Shown here: one piece after another, positions 58,737 through 64,000 of the stretch | Numbering within the stretch: the first letter of the stretch is position 1 | Layout of the letters: every line of letters begins with the position of its first letter | DNA from: an uncultured Candidatus Saccharibacteria bacterium | GTDB taxonomy: Bacteria; Patescibacteriota; Minisyncoccia; Phycocordibacterales; UBA9973 | Length of the DNA stretch: 64,000 nucleotides | Assembly: GCA_964423445.1 (NCBI GenBank) | Contig: CAYREQ010000001.1 | Coordinates: 129,732 to 193,731, forward strand | Direction of reading: 5' to 3' | The notes under the pieces: model-generated | The model's database searches: none | What the model saw: only the letters and a program-made list of their open reading frames with translations | Told to the model about the DNA's origin: nothing | Position numbers and translations under genes: made by a program

Positions 58737-60821
58737 CTAGTTGTTTTGAGGAGTAGTATTTATCTCTGGAGTTTCTGCTGTAGAATTTCCATTTTTAAGC
58801 TTCTCAACATAATTTATCAAATCTTTATTTCCAGGAGATAGGGCTAGGGCTTTTTGAGCGTAAGATACAGCTTCAGCAGTATTGCCCTCTGTTTTTAAGA
58901 TTTGAGACATAGCTACAAGTGCTTCTATGTAATCTGGCTTTAATGTAAGAGCTGTGTTTGCATACTCTTTTGCATCTTTCTTTTTCTCAAGAGCAATAGA
59001 TACATTCATAAGGATTAACTTTATTCTTGGGTTTGCTGGATTTAGCTCTGAAGCTTTTTGGAAAGTTTCTAGAGCTTTAGGATAACCATCTTTGACACCT
59101 ATTACTCCTGCTGTCTGGAACACGGAACCTAGAGCTTGGTAATTTAGATAATTTTTTGGATTATAATTTATAGCTACTTGTGCACCATTTATCGCTTGAT
59201 CTAAGCTATTTTGTAATTCAGCTTTATCTGCTTCTGATAAATCAGAAGAATTTTTAGAAATTATAGAATTTAATTTCAATAAATATACTTGAGAATATGC
59301 TCGGAAATACAAATCATTTGGATTCAATGCTAGGGCTTTCTTTATATTTAGCTCTGCATCTTCAATCTTTGAGGCAGACAATGTCTTTGTAAAGTAAGGT
59401 ATAGACAAGAAACGTTGGATATATTTGAATCCTAAAGCAGCAGTGACAATCATTACTATAATAAGAGCAAGCATGAAGATAAATGTCTTTCTATGGTCAT
59501 TCAAGAAAGAAATTGAAATTTCTCCATCCTTGCGACTAGAAGACACTAATCCTATAAATACTCCTGCGAAAATCATTGAAAGTAGGAATATAACTGAACC
59601 TGTGAAGTAAAAGAAAGATGAAACAAATAAATAAAGAGATAGGAAAAAGAAAGACATTGTCTCTAGATTTATATTATTTTTAATACTAAAGAATAGCCAT
59701 TTTACACCAGAGAATATAAATATTGCGAAAAAGGCAAGCCAAGCTAATAGACCTATTATTCCAGTAGTAGCAACAAATGTAGGTATTAATCCAAAACCAG
59801 AATTAAATGAGAAATCCCAAAACTGACTACCGTTTATTTGTGTAGGTTTGTAGAGCGCCCAAGCATCACCAAATCTGTTTGGACCAATACCAAAAATTGG
59901 ATTGTGTGCAATTACAGATTTTGTGACTGACATAGTAGATACTAGAGAAGGGCTGACTTCGTTGTTTAGTATCTTTAATTTTGTTGGCAAAATACCACCT
60001 ACAATGTCAGAAGACATAAAGAAGAATAAACATACTAAGACTATGCCAAATGAAAACATGGGGAAATGTATTTTTGCGCCCTCTTCTTTTTGCTTGCTAG
60101 AGTTTATAGAAATCTTATAGATAAATATGAGCATAGCGAAAACACCCAATATTTCCCATATAAATACAAAGTTTACTGCGGCAATCATCACTAGAGCTAG
60201 TACATTCAAAGCTCCAAGTATCAATTTCAATTGTTTAGGAGTTTTGAAAAATTCAATTACAAAAAGAGAAGCTACTACCATGAAACCTGCGAAAATTCCT
60301 AGAGCATTCCAAGAGCCCAAAACATTATCTATGTTGTTATTTAAAATTCCAAAAGATAAGACCTTTGGGAAAAATAGGTGTGCAAATTGAAATACTAATA
60401 AGACAGCAGAAGAAAGTATTGTTCCAAATAAAACAAGTCTAGCATTCTTTGGATCACGGAAAGAAATAGCGGCCATTAACATCAAAACAAAACCAGCTAG
60501 AATAAACCAAAAAGTGCCAACGTCTAGCAAAGTACCAAATAAAGACACACTTGATGCGCCTCCAAAAATAGATGACAAAAAAACTGCTACTACCACTACA
60601 CCCCCAGCTAATAGAGAAGCTGATTTAGGAATATTTATTTCTCCGTCAAAAAATCTTGCTACAATCCAGAAAATTACAGAAATGATGGCTCCAAGAACTA
60701 GAAATAAACCCTTACTTGCTTCCACTGGAATATTTGTGAAAGGTAAGAAAAAAATTGGCAATAGAACTACTACTAATAACGATGATAAAAGTGACAATTT
60801 ACCTACTATTTTTGAATTCAT
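58737..60821 (-). CDS. Polytopic membrane protein (O-antigen ligase-like) with C-terminal TPR repeats
   Basis: Many TMs, PIFGIGPNRF and TTGIIG motifs, and TPR-like ALALNP/ALALSP repeats. Confidence 0.8.
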   Translation of the reverse strand: MNSKIVGKLSLLSSLLVVVLLPIFFLPFTNIPVEASKGLFLVLGAIISVIFWIVARFFDGEINIPKSASLLAGGVVVVAVFLSSIFGGASSVSLFGTLLDVGTFWFILAGFVLMLMAAISFRDPKNARLVLFGTILSSAVLLVFQFAHLFFPKVLSFGILNNNIDNVLGSWNALGIFAGFMVVASLFVIEFFKTPKQLKLILGALNVLALVMIAAVNFVFIWEILGVFAMLIFIYKISINSSKQKEEGAKIHFPMFSFGIVLVCLFFFMSSDIVGGILPTKLKILNNEVSPSLVSTMSVTKSVIAHNPIFGIGPNRFGDAWALYKPTQINGSQFWDFSFNSGFGLIPTFVATTGIIGLLAWLAFFAIFIFSGVKWLFFSIKNNINLETMSFFFLSLYLFVSSFFYFTGSVIFLLSMIFAGVFIGLVSSSRKDGEISISFLNDHRKTFIFMLALIIVMIVTAALGFKYIQRFLSIPYFTKTLSASKIEDAELNIKKALALNPNDLYFRAYSQVYLLKLNSIISKNSSDLSEADKAELQNSLDQAINGAQVAINYNPKNYLNYQALGSVFQTAGVIGVKDGYPKALETFQKASELNPANPRIKLILMNVSIALEKKKDAKEYANTALTLKPDYIEALVAMSQILKTEGNTAEAVSYAQKALALSPGNKDLINYVEKLKNGNSTAETPEINTTPQNN

Positions 60822-60841
60822 ACCTCATATTATACTACAAA

Positions 60842-63652
60842 CTAGACTACGATGTTAAGAATTTTCCTGGGGATAAAAATGTATCTCTTATTTTTGCCTT
60901 CTATCCACTTCTTTACCTCGGGTATTTCTTCTGCTATTTTTACAGCGTCGCTCTCTTTTATGTCTGCATTTGCTTTAAATTGTCCTCGCACCTTACCATT
61001 TACCTGTACTACTATATTTACTTCTTCTTGTTTTATTTTTGACTCGTTAAAAACTGGCCAAGGTTCATGGTGAATAGTTTTCTTGTGTCCAAGCATGTTC
61101 CATATTTCTTCTGTCATGTGTGGAGCAAAAGGAGAAAGTAATTTTAAGAATATTTCATATTCTTCTTTTGATATTTTTTCTAATTTTTCATTCTCATTTA
61201 TAAAAATCATAAGCGAAGAAATAGCCGTATTAAATTTCATTGCTTCAATATCTTCAGAAACTTTTTTTATTAATTTTTGAATTCCATTTTCATTATAATT
61301 TTTATTTTTTTCTACTTTAGATTGTAAATTCCACACTCTCTCTAAAAATCTTCTTGGGCCAATTATTGCATCATCACTCCAAGCTACTGCTTGGTCAAAT
61401 GGACCCATAAACATCTCATATACGCGCAATGTATCAGCACCATAGATTTTCACTATTTCGTTTGGATTTATTACATTACCTAGGGATTTAGACATCTTTA
61501 CTCCCCCTTCGCCAAGTATCATGCCGTGGCTTGTACGCTTCATATATGGCTCAGGTGTAGGCACGAGCTTTAAATCGTATAGGAATTTATGCCAAAAACG
61601 AGAGTATAAAAGGTGGAGCGTAGTGTGTTCATTGCCTCCATTATACCAATCTACTGGTGTCCAATATTTTAAGTTTTTCTTGTCTGCAAAAGCTTTTTTA
61701 TTTTTAGGATCTGTATATCGTAAATAATACCAAGAACTTCCAGCCCAATTTGGCATAGTGTCTGTCTCTCTTTTCGCAGGAGCTTTACACTTTGGACATT
61801 TTACATTTACCCATTTTGAAATATTTGCGAGCGGGGATTCACCACTATCTGTAGGTTGATAATTTTTTACTTTAGGTAATTCCACAGGTAAATCTTTTTC
61901 TGGTACAGGTACCATGCCACACTTGCCACAATGAATTACAGGAATAGGCTCACCCCAGTATCGTTGACGAGAAAAAACCCAGTCACGAAGCTTAAAGGTG
62001 GTCTTTCTTTTTGCAAAACCTTTTTTAACAAGCCAATCAGCTATATCATTTCTAACTTCACTCACCTCTCTGCCTTTAAACTCTGCAGGTTCATTTAGTA
62101 TTCCATTTTTTATAGGTTTACCATTCCCTCGTAAGTTCCTCCAATCATTGAGCATTGCATCTATCTTCATGGTTTTTTCTATTTCTTCAGGTGATAACCA
62201 TCTTATTTCATGATTTTCTTTTTCTTCTTCACTTAGTTCTTTATGTTCTCCATTTTCTAGTTCAAAATAAAAATTTGAAAAATGAACTGAGCGATTTTCT
62301 TTTTTAGGAACATGGTAAAAAATACTGTGAGAGCGAGAAAATTCTTTTTTAAATTTTAAATTAATATAACCAGTTTCTTCTTGAATTTCTCTAACTGCTG
62401 CTTCTTTTGGATCTTCTCCTTTTTCTACTCCCCCAGTTATAAATGTGACCCAATCAGCTTTTTTCCAAAATAAAACTAAATATTTATCTTCGCTCCAATG
62501 TTTGACTATGGCATGTATGGCATTTCTCTCTACTATTGGACCAGGTTGTAACTCACTATGGAATACTGGCTCTATTACTTCTTTTAATTTTATATTGAAT
62601 TTTTTAGCAAAAATAAAATCACGCTCATCGTGTGCAGAGCATTTTACAATTCCTGTTCCATAATCTTTTAATGCAAAACTTGCTACCCAGATAGGTAAAT
62701 CTCCATTACCAAGTGGATCTATCGCATATCTACCTGTAAAAATTCCATCTACATCTTTGTATTCTTCTCCTTGTTTTAATCTTTTTTGAATAATTTCACT
62801 AGCCTTCTTTAATACTGAATCTTTTTCTTTTACACCTTCGAGAAGTTTTGGTAAAAGTGGGTGATCTGGAGCAATAGCAAAAAAAGTGTCAGCATAACAT
62901 GCTTCAAAATGCGCAGAAAAAGTTTCTACAGTCATATCTAAATCCTTTACCTTAGCAGAAAATATTAATCCTTCGGATTTACCTATCCAATTTCTTTGTC
63001 CCAATTTTATCTGTGGTAAATAATTTACATCATCTAAATCTTTATGTAATCTCTCGGCATATTTTGTGATTGCTAGCATCCACTGCTCTTTGTCTCTCTT
63101 TTCTACTATCGTCCCGCATCTCTCACAACACCCATTTATCACCTCTTCATTGGCGAGACCTATCTTATCTTTTGGACACCAATTGATAGTCATCTTAGCT
63201 TTATAAGCTAAACCTTTTTTTAAGAATTGTAAGAAAATCCACTGTGTCCATTTATAATATTTTGGATCAGTAGTATTTATCTCTCTTGACCAATCAAAAG
63301 AAACACCAAGAGATTGTATTTGCTGTCTAAAGGTATCAGTATTTTTCTTTGTGACGACTCGTGGATCTTTTCCTGTTTTAATTGCAAAGTTTTCTGTAGG
63401 TAGACCAAAGGCATCCCAGCCTATAGGATAAAGGACATTGTAGCCTTCCATTCTTCTTTTTCGGGAAATTACATCCATGCCTATGTATGGTCTAGGATGT
63501 CCTACGTGTAGTCCTTCACCTGATGGGTAAGGGAATTCTATGAGAGTAAAATATTTTGGTTTTTTAGAAATTTTCTCTGCGTGGTAAGTCCCCTTTTTCT
63601 CCCAAGTGTTTTGCCATTTCTTTTCAAGTTTTTTATGGTCGTATTTCTTCAT
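60842..63652 (-). CDS. leuS: Leucine--tRNA ligase with inserted Nudix domain
   Basis: FPYPSGEGLHVGH, RDWVFSRQRYWGEPIP and KMSKS; internal Nudix box GGVEKGEDPKEAAVREIQEETGY. Confidence 0.96.
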   Translation of the reverse strand: MKKYDHKKLEKKWQNTWEKKGTYHAEKISKKPKYFTLIEFPYPSGEGLHVGHPRPYIGMDVISRKRRMEGYNVLYPIGWDAFGLPTENFAIKTGKDPRVVTKKNTDTFRQQIQSLGVSFDWSREINTTDPKYYKWTQWIFLQFLKKGLAYKAKMTINWCPKDKIGLANEEVINGCCERCGTIVEKRDKEQWMLAITKYAERLHKDLDDVNYLPQIKLGQRNWIGKSEGLIFSAKVKDLDMTVETFSAHFEACYADTFFAIAPDHPLLPKLLEGVKEKDSVLKKASEIIQKRLKQGEEYKDVDGIFTGRYAIDPLGNGDLPIWVASFALKDYGTGIVKCSAHDERDFIFAKKFNIKLKEVIEPVFHSELQPGPIVERNAIHAIVKHWSEDKYLVLFWKKADWVTFITGGVEKGEDPKEAAVREIQEETGYINLKFKKEFSRSHSIFYHVPKKENRSVHFSNFYFELENGEHKELSEEEKENHEIRWLSPEEIEKTMKIDAMLNDWRNLRGNGKPIKNGILNEPAEFKGREVSEVRNDIADWLVKKGFAKRKTTFKLRDWVFSRQRYWGEPIPVIHCGKCGMVPVPEKDLPVELPKVKNYQPTDSGESPLANISKWVNVKCPKCKAPAKRETDTMPNWAGSSWYYLRYTDPKNKKAFADKKNLKYWTPVDWYNGGNEHTTLHLLYSRFWHKFLYDLKLVPTPEPYMKRTSHGMILGEGGVKMSKSLGNVINPNEIVKIYGADTLRVYEMFMGPFDQAVAWSDDAIIGPRRFLERVWNLQSKVEKNKNYNENGIQKLIKKVSEDIEAMKFNTAISSLMIFINENEKLEKISKEEYEIFLKLLSPFAPHMTEEIWNMLGHKKTIHHEPWPVFNESKIKQEEVNIVVQVNGKVRGQFKANADIKESDAVKIAEEIPEVKKWIEGKNKRYIFIPRKILNIVV

Positions 63653-63701
63653 ATATTCTCATAATACTCAAAAAGTGACCTATTTGCAAAAGATAATTTT
63701 A

Positions 63702-64000
63702 TTATCTTATTGGTACAGGCTTTGAATATAGATCAGGATTTATTACATTTTTAAAACAGTAGTGTCCAGCAGGATGAGTCCATGTTTGATATCCTGGGTA
63801 CGGAATTGTATAAGTTTCAGGATTAGCTACTGGTAATTCTTTATTAAATTCTGCACAAAGATTATAATTTCTTTCATCTATTTTCTCATACTCATAAGGA
63901 AGATTACTTTGTGGGTCAGACAAAACAATGCCATATCCTTCAGCAGCAGCCTCTGTAATTGTCACAGGTAAAACTCCTTTTTGGCTGTAATAATTTTCAA
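63702..64000 (-). CDS. C-terminal part of a hypothetical protein; start lies beyond the window
   Basis: Frame stays open to the window end (ENYYSQKGVLPV...DPQSNLPYEY...YNLCAEF...WTHPAGHYCF). Confidence 0.7.
   Translation of the reverse strand, partial: ENYYSQKGVLPVTITEAAAEGYGIVLSDPQSNLPYEYEKIDERNYNLCAEFNKELPVANPETYTIPYPGYQTWTHPAGHYCFKNVINPDLYSKPVPIR

Noticed and set aside
62130-62540. Intein in leuS
   Set aside because: No Cys/Ser start with His-Asn end and no LAGLIDADG motifs; the insert is a Nudix domain.

Overview
AT-rich, gene-dense bacterial chromosome segment read in standard code 11. Gene content and compaction point to a Patescibacteria (CPR, Parcubacteria-like) genome; this taxonomy is inferred. 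Housekeeping blocks include rpmG, ddl, rseP, frr, mreB, priA, rsmI, a complete F1Fo ATP synthase operon, prfA, rpmE, rplY, fba, gatB, a MacAB-like ABC system, obg, rmuC, gdhA, tsaD, valS, lepA, murJ and leuS. Seven tRNAs are dispersed (Trp, Ile, Glu, Val, Phe, Arg, Gly). An accessory zone at about 32.5-39.3 kb holds three things: (i) GC-richer orphan cassettes headed by a duplicated 60-bp promoter module; (ii) a minimal GIY-YIG nuclease gene between an interrupted copy of the tRNA-Glu 5' end and the intact tRNA-Glu; (iii) an AT-rich island with a Panacea (DUF4065) antitoxin and a putative toxin. The GIY-YIG locus is the best candidate for an undescribed tRNA-targeting selfish element, and a probable decayed sibling lies at tRNA-Val. 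Other oddities are a Nudix domain inserted in LeuRS, an apparently ATPase-dead PriA, recurrent leaderless extended -10 promoters, and CDSs that overlap tRNA ends. All calls come from reading the sequence and recognising motifs; no searches were run.
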